This document shows positions 1-9,116 of a stretch of 45,953 bases of DNA, piece by piece. Origin of the DNA: an uncultured Bacilli bacterium (lineage in GTDB: Bacteria; Bacillota_I; Bacilli_A; RF39; UBA660); contig CANRBR010000003.1 in assembly GCA_947628915.1 (NCBI GenBank), positions 1-45,953 of the forward strand, in the 5' to 3' direction. Position numbers and translations under genes: made by a program. Each line of letters begins with the position of its first letter. The first letter of the stretch is position 1. Under the pieces are notes generated by a model. It was not told the origin of the DNA. It saw nothing but the letters and a program-made list of their open reading frames with translations, and made no database searches.

Positions 1-14
1 TTCATTATAATAAT

Positions 15-923
15 TCATACTTCACTTCCTAACTTATATACAGTTTCATATATTCTTTCATCAGATGAATATTCAAGTACAAAAGAATTACCTTTTTTAC
101 ATATTATTATTCCTATAGTTTTGTCTTGATATATACTTTTTATATTTTTATCTATGTAATTCATATAAACCTGTATTTGACCGATGTGTTCTTTCTTTAA
201 AGCAGTAACCTTTGATTCTACAACTACATAACAGTTAAACTTTATATTAAATAAAAGTAAATCTATATAATTATAATCACCACCGATTTTTATCTTATAT
301 TCATTTTTAATAAAGGCAAATCCATCTCCAAGTTCTGTTAAAAAATTTTCTAAATCTTCTAATATAAGTTTCTTTAATATTGATTCACTTATCTTTTCAT
401 AGTTGTAACTATTTTTAATTAGTATTGGATTTTTTATGAAATCATTTATTTTGGTCTTTTCTTTTGTAATTAGTTTATTTTTAGTTTTATCATCTAATCT
501 CTCATATTCTTTATTTTTTATTTTATTTCTAAGTTCTCTTACCCCCAAGATTTTGTTCTTATGTTATTTTTATATAATAGTTTATTTTATTTATATCATC
601 AAACTTTAATAACTCTACATAGTGACTCCAAGTCAATTTGTCCGACAGTGTCGGACTTTTTTTATAAGTAAATAAAATTGTCTAGAATTTTTTAAAAGAG
701 TTACAGCAAATTTTTTATTTAGTTCTTTTGTTAGTTTTAAAGAATATTCTTTAATTAAATTATTACCATATTTAGCTCTTTTCTCACCGCCTTGGGCATC
801 TACAAGTAATTTACCAACATTATAGTAAGTAGTTAAATCACTTTTGTTTTTTGAATAATCCTTAACTTTCTTATATATCTCATTATTTATCAGTTCTTGC
901 TTTATCTCGTTATAATAATTCAT
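15..923 (-). pseudogene. YhcG/DUF1016-family PD-(D/E)xK nuclease, disrupted
   Basis: The N-terminal ORF (YYNVGKLL..AKYGNNLIKEYS) and C-terminal ORF (FLTELGDGFAF, YIDLLLFN, HIGQIQVYM) are joined by an out-of-frame SPTLSDKLTWSHYVELL segment. Lesions: frameshift at the T7 run 657-663, in-frame TAA at 559-561, frameshift at the C5 run 542-546. Likely ATG at 923 with RBS GAGGTGG. Confidence 0.85.
640..656. repeat. Perfect palindrome GTCCGACA-G-TGTCGGAC inside the yhcG-like gene
   Basis: Read directly. GC-rich 8-bp arms adjacent to the first frameshift. Confidence 0.9.
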
Positions 924-1068
924 ATTCCACCTCTCAACCACAATAACACACTCTCCACACCTAAGTCAAAAGGCAGTTTTTACTAAATTGAATATAAAAT
1001 ATTACAAAAATTATATCTACACATAACAGAAATTATAAATTCTGTAGACTACTTTAAAACAATTTATT

Positions 1069-1092
1069 AAAAAAAGAGTTTCCTCTTTTTTT
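1069..1092. terminator. Intrinsic terminator, symmetric A7/T7 flanks
   Basis: AAAAAAAGAG-TTTC-CTCTTTTTTT. The loop reads GAAA on the minus strand. Confidence 0.7.
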
Positions 1093-1112
1093 CGTGAATA
1101 CTGCGAATATTC
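1069..1112 (-). ncRNA. Candidate small RNA antisense to the sigG 5' coding region
   Basis: 1093-1110 (CGTGAATACTGCGAATAT) is identical to 32127-32144 in sigG. On the minus strand it is preceded by GTTTA-N17-CATAATA and followed by the hairpin AAGAG-GAAA-CTCTT plus a T tract. Confidence 0.5.
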
Positions 1113-1116
1113 ATTA

Positions 1117-1145
1117 TATTATGATACATTTAATTAAATTTAAAC
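1117..1145 (-). promoter_or_regulatory. SigG/SigF-type promoter candidate
   Basis: Minus strand GTTTA (1145-1141), 17 nt, CATAATA (1123-1117). Resembles the B. subtilis forespore sigma consensus. Confidence 0.4.
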
Positions 1146-1202
1146 ATATTAATTCTTTATTTTTTAAATATTATTTAGTATAATATTTGTGGAGTTGATA
1201 CT

Positions 1203-1994
1203 ATGAATACATTAAAAATAGAAAATTTAACTGTATCAGTTGATAATAAAATAATATTAAAAGACTTTAATCTAACTATAAATAGTGGTGAGATACACGT
1301 ACTTATGGGTGTGAATGGAATAGGTAAAAGTACTCTTACTAAAGTTATAATGGGAGATCCTACTTATAAGATAGAAGAAGGTAATATATATTATAACGAT
1401 ATATTATTAAATAATATGAGTGTAGATGAAAGAAGTAGACTAGGTATATTTTTAGGTATGCAACTACCTTTAGAAATAGAAGGGGTAACAAACGCAGACT
1501 TTTTAAGAAGTGCCTTAAGTATTAGAGAAAAAGAGTCTTTTAAATTATTTGATTTTATAAAAGAGTTAGATAAAAATGTAGAACTTTTGGATATGGATAA
1601 ATCTATGATACATAGAGGAATAAATCAAGGATTTAGTGGTGGGGAAAGAAAGAAAAACGAAATACTTCAGATGTATATGTTAAAGCCTAGCCTTGTAATG
1701 CTTGATGAAATAGATTCAGGACTAGATGTCGATAGCCTTAAAGTAATAGGAGATTCTATATATGAATACTATAAAAAATATAATCCCGGAATGATTTTAA
1801 TAACTCACTATGAAAGACTTTTAGACTATGTAAAACCTACACACGTACATATAATAAATAATGGTAAGATAGAGAGGTCTGGAGATGTATCTTTAGTTAA
1901 AGAAATAGAGGAAAACGGGTTTAAAAATATAAGTTCAAAAAAATTTGTTTCTACTAGTGAATGTATTATAAAGGAAAAATTAAAAAATGAATAA
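1203..1994 (+). CDS. sufC: Fe-S cluster assembly ATPase SufC
   Basis: Walker A GVNGIGKST, GFSGGERKKNEILQM, LDEIDSGLDVD, ITHYERLL. Confidence 0.97.
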   Translation: MNTLKIENLTVSVDNKIILKDFNLTINSGEIHVLMGVNGIGKSTLTKVIMGDPTYKIEEGNIYYNDILLNNMSVDERSRLGIFLGMQLPLEIEGVTNADFLRSALSIREKESFKLFDFIKELDKNVELLDMDKSMIHRGINQGFSGGERKKNEILQMYMLKPSLVMLDEIDSGLDVDSLKVIGDSIYEYYKKYNPGMILITHYERLLDYVKPTHVHIINNGKIERSGDVSLVKEIEENGFKNISSKKFVSTSECIIKEKLKNE

Positions 1995-2787
1995 AATAAA
2001 AGTAGTTGATGAGAATTTAAAAAGTGTACGAGTTAATGATTGTATTAACATAGAATACTTTGAGAAAGAATGTTTATTTGCAATAAACGAAATAAAAATA
2101 TCAGTAAATAAATCAACTGACCTAGAAATAGAAATAAATTTGAGTGAAGATAATAAACTAAACTTTAATATAGACTTAAAAGAAGATGTAAAATTAAACC
2201 TTAATATAATAACAAGTGGTAAAAATGGTAAAGTGCAGTATAAATATAACTTAAATAAAAATAGTTATTTAAATCTATTTAAATATCAAAATGTAGATAG
2301 TATAAAAGAGATGATAGTGGTTAATTTAATAGGTGAAAGTGCTAAAATAGATTATAATTTTAAAACTATTAGTAATAGTAAAGAGACATATGATTATCAC
2401 ATATTCCACAAGTGTAAAAACACTATAAGTAATATAAAAAATAACGGCGTATGTATTAATGACGGCAATATCATATATCAAGTATCTTCATTTGTACCAA
2501 AGGATATAACAGGTTGTAATGTCGTTCAAAATAATAGAATAATTAATTTAACCAATAATAAGTGTGAAATAAGACCTAATCTTTATATTGATACCTCTTT
2601 AGTTGAAGCGTCTCATAGTGCTTTGATAGGTAAATTTAGTGATGAAGAGATGTTCTATATAAAAAGTAGGGGAATAGATGAAGTAAGTGCATTAAAACTA
2701 CTTATAACTGGCTTTTTAACAAGTGATATAAATAATAAAAGGATTTTAAATTCAATAACGAAAGATATTAATAAGTATTGGAGGTGA
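1987..2787 (+). CDS. sufD: SufD-like Fe-S assembly protein (short)
   Basis: C-terminal PNLYID..VEASHSALIGK..EEMFYIKSRGI. Lies between sufC and sufS. Confidence 0.88.
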   Translation: MNKIKVVDENLKSVRVNDCINIEYFEKECLFAINEIKISVNKSTDLEIEINLSEDNKLNFNIDLKEDVKLNLNIITSGKNGKVQYKYNLNKNSYLNLFKYQNVDSIKEMIVVNLIGESAKIDYNFKTISNSKETYDYHIFHKCKNTISNIKNNGVCINDGNIIYQVSSFVPKDITGCNVVQNNRIINLTNNKCEIRPNLYIDTSLVEASHSALIGKFSDEEMFYIKSRGIDEVSALKLLITGFLTSDINNKRILNSITKDINKYWR

Positions 2788-2791
2788 TACT

Positions 2792-3985
2792 TTGAATAGA
2801 GAAGACTTTAACTTACTTAACAGCGATATAATTTATTTTGATAACGGTGCGACTACACTAAAACCTAAAATTCTAATAGATAGTTTAACTGATTATTATA
2901 GTAATTATAGTGCGAATGCACATAGAGGAGATTACGATATAAGTTTAAAAGTTGATGCTATGTATGAAAATACAAGAGAATTAGTAAGAAAGTTTATAAA
3001 TGCTAAAAAGAAAGATCAAATAGTATTTACTAATAATACTACTGATTCTATAAACAAGGCAGTATTTGGATATTTTAAAAATTATTTAAAAAAAGGTGAT
3101 GAAGTATTAATTACTGCATCGGAACACGCATCAAATATTCTTCCTTGGTTCGAGTTAGAAGATATGATAGGTATTAAAGTAAAGTATATTAAATTAGATT
3201 CTAACCATAAAGTAACTATGGATAGTGTAAAAGATGCTATAACGCCTAACACTAAAGTGATAAGTATTGCTCATGTAACTAATGTAGTAGGAGATATAAG
3301 ACCAATTAAGGAGATAGTAAAGTATGCGCATAGTAAAGGTATAAAAGTACTTGTAGATGGCGCACAATCAGTCCCACATAGAAAAATAGATGTAACAGAT
3401 ATAGATATGGATTTTCTTGCATTCTCCGCACACAAGATGTGTGGCCCAACAGGTGTTGGAGTATTATATGTAAAAGAAGATTTGATGAATGATGTAAAAC
3501 CTATTATATTTGGTGGAGGAATGAACTCATATTTTGAATTCGATGGTAAAAGAGAGTATAAAGCTCTTCCATATAACTTAGAGGCAGGTACTCCAAATAT
3601 TGCAGGAGTTATTGCATTTGGAAGTGTATTAAACTATCTATCTAAAATAGGTATAACAAATATTGAAGAAAAAGAAAAAGAATTAAAAGACTATTGTATA
3701 AAAAGACTAAAAGAAATAGATAATATTATAATATATAACGAAGAGTGTGATAGTGGTATTATAACATTTAATATGAAAGATATATTCTCACAAGACCTTG
3801 CTATATATTTAAATAAATACAATATATGTGTACGAGCAGGGAACCACTGCGCTAAAATATTAAAAGGTGAGTTAGGTATTAAAAACACTTGTAGAATAAG
3901 TTTTTATTTCTATAATACTAAAGATGAAATAGATAAACTAATAGAAGTTTTAAAAAATCCCAATATAATTGATGAAGTAATATAA
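2792..3985 (+). CDS. sufS: Cysteine desulfurase SufS
   Basis: YFDNGATT, FSAHKMCGPTGVG (PLP lysine), VRAGNHCA. TTG start after GGAGGTGA. Confidence 0.95.
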   Translation: MNREDFNLLNSDIIYFDNGATTLKPKILIDSLTDYYSNYSANAHRGDYDISLKVDAMYENTRELVRKFINAKKKDQIVFTNNTTDSINKAVFGYFKNYLKKGDEVLITASEHASNILPWFELEDMIGIKVKYIKLDSNHKVTMDSVKDAITPNTKVISIAHVTNVVGDIRPIKEIVKYAHSKGIKVLVDGAQSVPHRKIDVTDIDMDFLAFSAHKMCGPTGVGVLYVKEDLMNDVKPIIFGGGMNSYFEFDGKREYKALPYNLEAGTPNIAGVIAFGSVLNYLSKIGITNIEEKEKELKDYCIKRLKEIDNIIIYNEECDSGIITFNMKDIFSQDLAIYLNKYNICVRAGNHCAKILKGELGIKNTCRISFYFYNTKDEIDKLIEVLKNPNIIDEVI

Positions 3986-4014
3986 AAATCCAAGATTAAT
4001 TTCTTGGACTTTTT
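3984..4014. terminator. Bidirectional terminator between convergent genes
   Basis: AAAAA-TCCAAGA-TTAATT-TCTTGGA-C-TTTTT. Overlaps the last codons of the minus-strand gene. Confidence 0.75.
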
Positions 4015-5132
4015 AATATTTCTAAAACTTTTTGTTCTCTTTCTTGATACTCACTGTTTTCACTCTTAAGTTTACTTACTTCATCTGATAGAGAACTTTT
4101 CTCATTTAATAATATTTTATTTAGACTTTGTAATTTTTCACATTCTCTTTTTGCTTTTTCTAAGTTTTGTTTCATCTCTGTATATGATGCACCAATACTA
4201 TCATCTTGTGTTGCTTGTGTTCTACATAAATAGTCATTAAAACTTTCAATTATTTTTATTAAACTTGTATCTCTAAAGAGTTCTATATCTATTAATTTTC
4301 CACTCTTAATTGATTCTACTATAGAATCAATTAAGTAATTATCGCTTATATAATTACTTTTATTATTTCTTAACTTATTAAGAACATACTCGTAGTCTTT
4401 AGATATATCTATACAAGATTCAAATAATTCTTTGTAATTTAATAAATTATATAATTTTTCTATTTTAGAGTTAATAGATAAGTGAAATGGATTACTATAA
4501 TCGATTTCTTCATTAGATTGTTCTAAACCATTTGCTAAAGTAATCTCTTGATATTTTAGATATTTTTCAAGTGTTCCTTTAGCAGTCTCAAAATCATTAA
4601 AAGTTTGACTTGACATAGGAACATATCCGTTTCCATTATTTACAATACATAGTATTCCAATTTTTCCATCTTCATATCTTTTTACTATAATGTAATCATA
4701 TTTTTCAAATTTATCTGATGATGTATATGTTTTATTAGAGTTGTATTTACAAGCTAATTCAATGTCATTTAAGTTGATATTGATATTACGTTTAAAATTT
4801 TCAACTTTATTTAATATAAAATTTGAAAATAAATTTTCGTAGCTTATAATGCCTTCTTGTTTCATTTTGTAAATAGTATAGGCATTTTCGCACATTTCTT
4901 TTAATACTCCAAAAGAGTCTTTACTTTTGAATCTACCAGTTGAAACTAAAGCGTTTGTATCGATTCCAAGTAAATGGGCAACATGTTGTCTAGGTATGGA
5001 AAATTTAATTTTATCTCCATTACCTAAATATATTTGTTGAACTCTAGAATAATATCTAGAATTTTCAAAATCGTTTATTATTTCTTTTATAACATCAAAA
5101 AGATTTTCTAATTCTGAATATGAAAAATTCAT
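3996..5132 (-). CDS. Hypothetical protein with possible PBECR4-like nuclease domain and C-terminal coiled coil
   Basis: ATG 5132 after AAAGGAGG. HVAHLLGI resembles the HLLG motif of PBECR4. Heptad-rich last ~60 aa. Confidence 0.5.
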   Translation of the reverse strand: MNFSYSELENLFDVIKEIINDFENSRYYSRVQQIYLGNGDKIKFSIPRQHVAHLLGIDTNALVSTGRFKSKDSFGVLKEMCENAYTIYKMKQEGIISYENLFSNFILNKVENFKRNININLNDIELACKYNSNKTYTSSDKFEKYDYIIVKRYEDGKIGILCIVNNGNGYVPMSSQTFNDFETAKGTLEKYLKYQEITLANGLEQSNEEIDYSNPFHLSINSKIEKLYNLLNYKELFESCIDISKDYEYVLNKLRNNKSNYISDNYLIDSIVESIKSGKLIDIELFRDTSLIKIIESFNDYLCRTQATQDDSIGASYTEMKQNLEKAKRECEKLQSLNKILLNEKSSLSDEVSKLKSENSEYQEREQKVLEILKSPRN

Positions 5133-5158
5133 AAATTTCCCTCCTTTAATTAGTAGAT

Positions 5159-5187
5159 ATACTAACATTTATTTTATAATTTGTCAA
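5159..5187 (-). promoter_or_regulatory. Sigma-A promoter of the PBECR4-like gene
   Basis: TTGACA-N17-TAGTAT with TGn extension. Confidence 0.65.
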
Positions 5188-5237
5188 ATTTACTGGTTTT
5201 TATATTTTATTTATTATATAATAATTATGGTGGTTAT

Positions 5238-6980
5238 ATGTCAGTAATAAAGTTAATGGATGAGATATTATCAAATAAAATAGCTGCAGGTGAGGTAGTT
5301 GAGAGATGTTCATCTGTTGTAAAAGAATTAGTTGAAAACAGTATAGATGCTAAAAGCGATGAAATTAAAGTAGATTTGATTGAATCTGGTATTAAAGAAA
5401 TAAGAATAACTGATAATGGATGTGGGATGGATAAAAGCGATGCGGTTATGGCATTTAATAGACATGCGACAAGTAAAATAATTGATGAGGATGATTTATA
5501 CCACATACATACCTTAGGTTTTAGAGGAGAGGCCCTAGCCTCTATTGCATCTGTTTCTAAAGTAGATTTATATACATCTTTAGGAGATGTTGGAACTCAT
5601 GTAAGAATAGAGGGCGGTAAAGTAATTGAAGTAGATAATAGTGATGCAAGAAGCGGTACTATAATAAGTGTTAAAGAGTTGTTCTATAATACTCCAGCCC
5701 GTTTAAAACACTTAAAAAGTTTATATACTGAACTATCTAATATAATGGATTATATGAATAAAATAGCCTTATCACATCCAGATATTAGATTTATAGTAAC
5801 AAATGATTCTAAAGAGTTACTTAGAACTGATGGAAGTGGTAATCTACTTAAATGTATTAAAAATATATATGGTATAAATATTGCTAAGAAAATGATTGAG
5901 ATTAATAATGAAAATAGTGATTATAAAATAGAGGGATTCATTAGTCTACCTGAGGTTTATAGAACGAGTAGAAATAATATTATAACTATTGTAAACGGTA
6001 GAATAGTTAGAAATACTGAGTTAAATAGAACAATAAATGATTCGTACCACTCCTATAAACCTGATAATTACTATCCAATAGTAGTTTTAAATATAAGTGT
6101 GGATACTACACTGGTAGATGTTAATATTCACCCAACTAAGATGGATATAAAGTTTGGTAATATGGAAGATTTACTAAATCTCGTTAGTACTACTATAAAA
6201 GATGCGATAAATAAAAAAACATTGATACCTCATATAGAAGAGAAGCCTACATATGTAAAGAATAGTTACGAAGAGATTAAACTTGATTTTGATACACCAA
6301 CTGTAACTGACAATAATGAAGAATATGTTATAAATACTGACTTTGTAACTGAAGAAGTAGAGGTGCACGAAGATGTAAAAGAGGATACCTCAACTATGCC
6401 TTTAATGTATCCAATAGGTTCAGTATTTGGTACATATATAATATGTCAAAACGAACAAGGAATGTATATAATAGATCAACACGCTGCAAAAGAGCGTATC
6501 AATTATGAAATGGTTAAAAATAAACTAGCTCAAAAATTAAAAGAAAATATGCCTATGATGTTTCCATTAACGCTCGAATATACTACTTCGGAATATATAA
6601 TATTAAAAGAAAATTTAGACTTTTTAAGAGAACTTAATTTTGATATAGAAGAGTTTGGTATAAATTCAGTAATCGTCAAAGCACACCCGGTATGGCTTCC
6701 AGTGGGTAATGAAGATAATGCTATAAAGAAAATTATTGAACTTGTTATAAATAAAGAAAAGAATTTTGATTTAGACAAGTTCAACGACCATTTAGCAGCA
6801 ACTATGGCGTGTAAAATGTCGATTAAGGCAAATACTGCTATCACTTTAAAAGAGATGGAAAACTTAATCGACGATTTAAGAAAATGCGATAATCCATTTA
6901 ACTGCCCACATGGTAGACCAACTACTATATACTATTCTATAAGTGATTTAGAGAAGATGTTTAAAAGAAGTGGATTTTAA
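5238..6980 (+). CDS. mutL: DNA mismatch repair endonuclease MutL
   Basis: KIAAGEVVER, GFRGEALASI, DQHAAKERINYE, ACK, CPHGRP. Start revised to ATG 5238. Confidence 0.98.
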   Translation: MSVIKLMDEILSNKIAAGEVVERCSSVVKELVENSIDAKSDEIKVDLIESGIKEIRITDNGCGMDKSDAVMAFNRHATSKIIDEDDLYHIHTLGFRGEALASIASVSKVDLYTSLGDVGTHVRIEGGKVIEVDNSDARSGTIISVKELFYNTPARLKHLKSLYTELSNIMDYMNKIALSHPDIRFIVTNDSKELLRTDGSGNLLKCIKNIYGINIAKKMIEINNENSDYKIEGFISLPEVYRTSRNNIITIVNGRIVRNTELNRTINDSYHSYKPDNYYPIVVLNISVDTTLVDVNIHPTKMDIKFGNMEDLLNLVSTTIKDAINKKTLIPHIEEKPTYVKNSYEEIKLDFDTPTVTDNNEEYVINTDFVTEEVEVHEDVKEDTSTMPLMYPIGSVFGTYIICQNEQGMYIIDQHAAKERINYEMVKNKLAQKLKENMPMMFPLTLEYTTSEYIILKENLDFLRELNFDIEEFGINSVIVKAHPVWLPVGNEDNAIKKIIELVINKEKNFDLDKFNDHLAATMACKMSIKANTAITLKEMENLIDDLRKCDNPFNCPHGRPTTIYYSISDLEKMFKRSGF

Positions 6981-7002
6981 AAAAGTGTCATTTGACACTT
7001 TT
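6981..7002. terminator. Bidirectional terminator, mutL / LysR gene
   Basis: Perfect inverted repeat AAAAGTGTCA-TT-TGACACTTTT. Confidence 0.75.
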
Positions 7003-7918
7003 AATTTACACTAATCTCATTTAAATATTCTTTTAAATCTTTTATAAATTCTTCTGTTGTTTTGTTTAAAAAGTTTTTATCATAAGCAATGCTAAATTTA
7101 GTTGTAGGAACTCTAAAACTTACAGGTATAATAAATAATTCTTTGTTTTTTAATTCTTTTTCTATACACTTTTTAAGCCCCCAACCAATTCCAATATCAT
7201 TTTTTACTAATTCTTTAGTAAGGTCTGTAGTATAATTTGTAAATTGACTTTTTAATTGTAATTTGTGTTGTTTTAATGTTTCTTCTAAACAATTTATATC
7301 AGGATATCCACGCATTGGTAAGATTACAGGGAAATCTATGATATCACTATGATTTTTCTTATATATATCGTAATATTTCTTACTTGCAAAAAAGCATGTT
7401 TCAAGTTCGCAGACAATTTCTTCTGAGAGACTGTGTTCGTTTAAAAAAATTGGATACTGCAATATTACAAAATCTAACTCTTTATTGCGCAATTTCTCTA
7501 ACATCTCCATATTACTTGTCGAATAGATATAGAATTTAGCGTTAGGATGTTTAAGGTTAAATTCTTTTACTACTTTTGGAAGCATAAATAAAGATATATG
7601 AGCATAGATTCCAATCCTAATCACACCAGAAAAATCATCACTGTTTTCTTTTATTATTCTTTCTCCTGTTATTATATTGTCTAAAGCATTCTTTACATAG
7701 AATAAAAGTTTTTCTCCATCTTCTGTTAATAATACAGATTTATTATTACGAATAAATAGTTTTGTATTTAATTGCTCTTCTAATTCCTTTATCGCACGAC
7801 TTATAGCAGGCTGTGAGATATATAAATTTTCTGCTGCTTTAGAAAAACTTTTAAACTCAGCTACTGCATAAAAGAATTTATATTTATTAAAATCATTAAT
7901 ATTTTCAATAATTCCCAT
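7001..7918 (-). CDS. LysR-family transcriptional regulator
   Basis: SFSKAAENLYISQPAISRAIKELEEQL HTH. ATG 7918 after GGAGG. Confidence 0.95.
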   Translation of the reverse strand: MGIIENINDFNKYKFFYAVAEFKSFSKAAENLYISQPAISRAIKELEEQLNTKLFIRNNKSVLLTEDGEKLLFYVKNALDNIITGERIIKENSDDFSGVIRIGIYAHISLFMLPKVVKEFNLKHPNAKFYIYSTSNMEMLEKLRNKELDFVILQYPIFLNEHSLSEEIVCELETCFFASKKYYDIYKKNHSDIIDFPVILPMRGYPDINCLEETLKQHKLQLKSQFTNYTTDLTKELVKNDIGIGWGLKKCIEKELKNKELFIIPVSFRVPTTKFSIAYDKNFLNKTTEEFIKDLKEYLNEISVN

Positions 7919-7940
7919 AATTTCCTCCAAGACTATAGTA

Positions 7941-8969
7941 TCACATATTTAATTTTTTTACCAAATTTTTTTCGTTTTGATATATATTTGAATATTCCTC
8001 TATGTAACTGTTATTTCCATTTAAATAAAGTTTATATAGTTTAAAATCTTTTATAAAACTTATTTCTAAACCACTTTCATATTTTATAGGAAGAGTAGAA
8101 TGTATAATTTTATCGTACTCGCACTCATCTAATTTCTTAAAATCATAATTTATGTACTCGCTATCTATTTCTTGATATTCTTCTTTAAAGTAAAAACTTT
8201 GATTTTCATATTCCATTTTAGTTAATCTAAATACATAATCAGGTTTATCTGAATTTAAATATATTCTTGATACACTAACAACTTTAGATGTATCATTATT
8301 TATAAGTTGAAAAATAGATTTAATTTCTTTAGGATTTAATGGGTAGGTGCTTTTATTGAGTGTTCTTTTGTTGTTTAACAAATCCATAATATGTTTCATT
8401 ACTATATTTTCTTTTTCCTCTATAGTTTCAGTAGGTAAAATAATTTTTAAATTACGGTTTAATAGCCATGCATTACTAGTTTTTTCATCTCTAATTCTTG
8501 CTTGTTCTATATTTTCTAACCTTTCACTGTCATTCATATAAATATTTTGATAACAATTAGCAGGTGAGATAAGATCTAAAACTAAATCATATTTTTGAAT
8601 AGTATATAATTCACTTAAATTGTTATCTCTCATAATTTTTTTAAAATCTTTAACATCATCAAAATAAGCACAATTATCCATAATAGCTCTATCATATATT
8701 ATAATTACATCTTTTGACTTTGAAAGACTAGCAAATTTTAAAGTTATTCTTTCTCTTAGTTCCTGCTGTTTTAAAATCGAATCTTGAAATTTAATAGTAT
8801 AGTCTAATTCATCACTAGGTTTAATCCCACTTTCAATAAAAGACCTTGCTGTTTCTGGTACAATAAAAATTGTATAACCTAAGTCATTTAATTTTTCTTT
8901 TATACTATTTAGGATAGTCGTTTTACCCGCACCTGGGCCACCTGTAAGTACTATATTATATAGTTTCAT
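7941..8969 (-). CDS. AAA_28 (NadR/Ttd14-like) P-loop protein with possible degenerate CYTH-like C-terminus
   Basis: IVLTGGPGAGKTT, IVPETAR, IIYDRAIMD. ATG 8969 fits AGGAG spacing. Confidence 0.75.
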   Translation of the reverse strand: MKLYNIVLTGGPGAGKTTILNSIKEKLNDLGYTIFIVPETARSFIESGIKPSDELDYTIKFQDSILKQQELRERITLKFASLSKSKDVIIIYDRAIMDNCAYFDDVKDFKKIMRDNNLSELYTIQKYDLVLDLISPANCYQNIYMNDSERLENIEQARIRDEKTSNAWLLNRNLKIILPTETIEEKENIVMKHIMDLLNNKRTLNKSTYPLNPKEIKSIFQLINNDTSKVVSVSRIYLNSDKPDYVFRLTKMEYENQSFYFKEEYQEIDSEYINYDFKKLDECEYDKIIHSTLPIKYESGLEISFIKDFKLYKLYLNGNNSYIEEYSNIYQNEKNLVKKLNM

Positions 8970-8993
8970 TAAATTCATCTCCTTTACACCTGT

Positions 8994-9022
8994 ATTGTAA
9001 TAAAAATATCTTTCTTTGTAAA
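8994..9022 (-). promoter_or_regulatory. Sigma-A promoter of the AAA_28 gene
   Basis: TTTACA-N17-TACAAT. Confidence 0.55.
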
Positions 9023-9071
9023 ATACTTCTTTGTTATAGCAATTATAATTTAAATTTATAAATAATAGTAT

Positions 9072-9099
9072 TTGACAAATAAAATTGTTGTGTTAAAAT
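9072..9099 (+). promoter_or_regulatory. Sigma-A promoter of the amidoligase gene
   Basis: TTGACA-N16-TAAAAT with TGn extension. Confidence 0.6.
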
Positions 9100-9116
9100 A
9101 ATTAATCGGTGATTTC

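Noticed and set aside
640-656. TCCGACA shared between the yhcG palindrome and the dif XerC arm
   Set aside because: Only 7 bp, and the geometry lacks the 11-6-11 layout of an Xer site.
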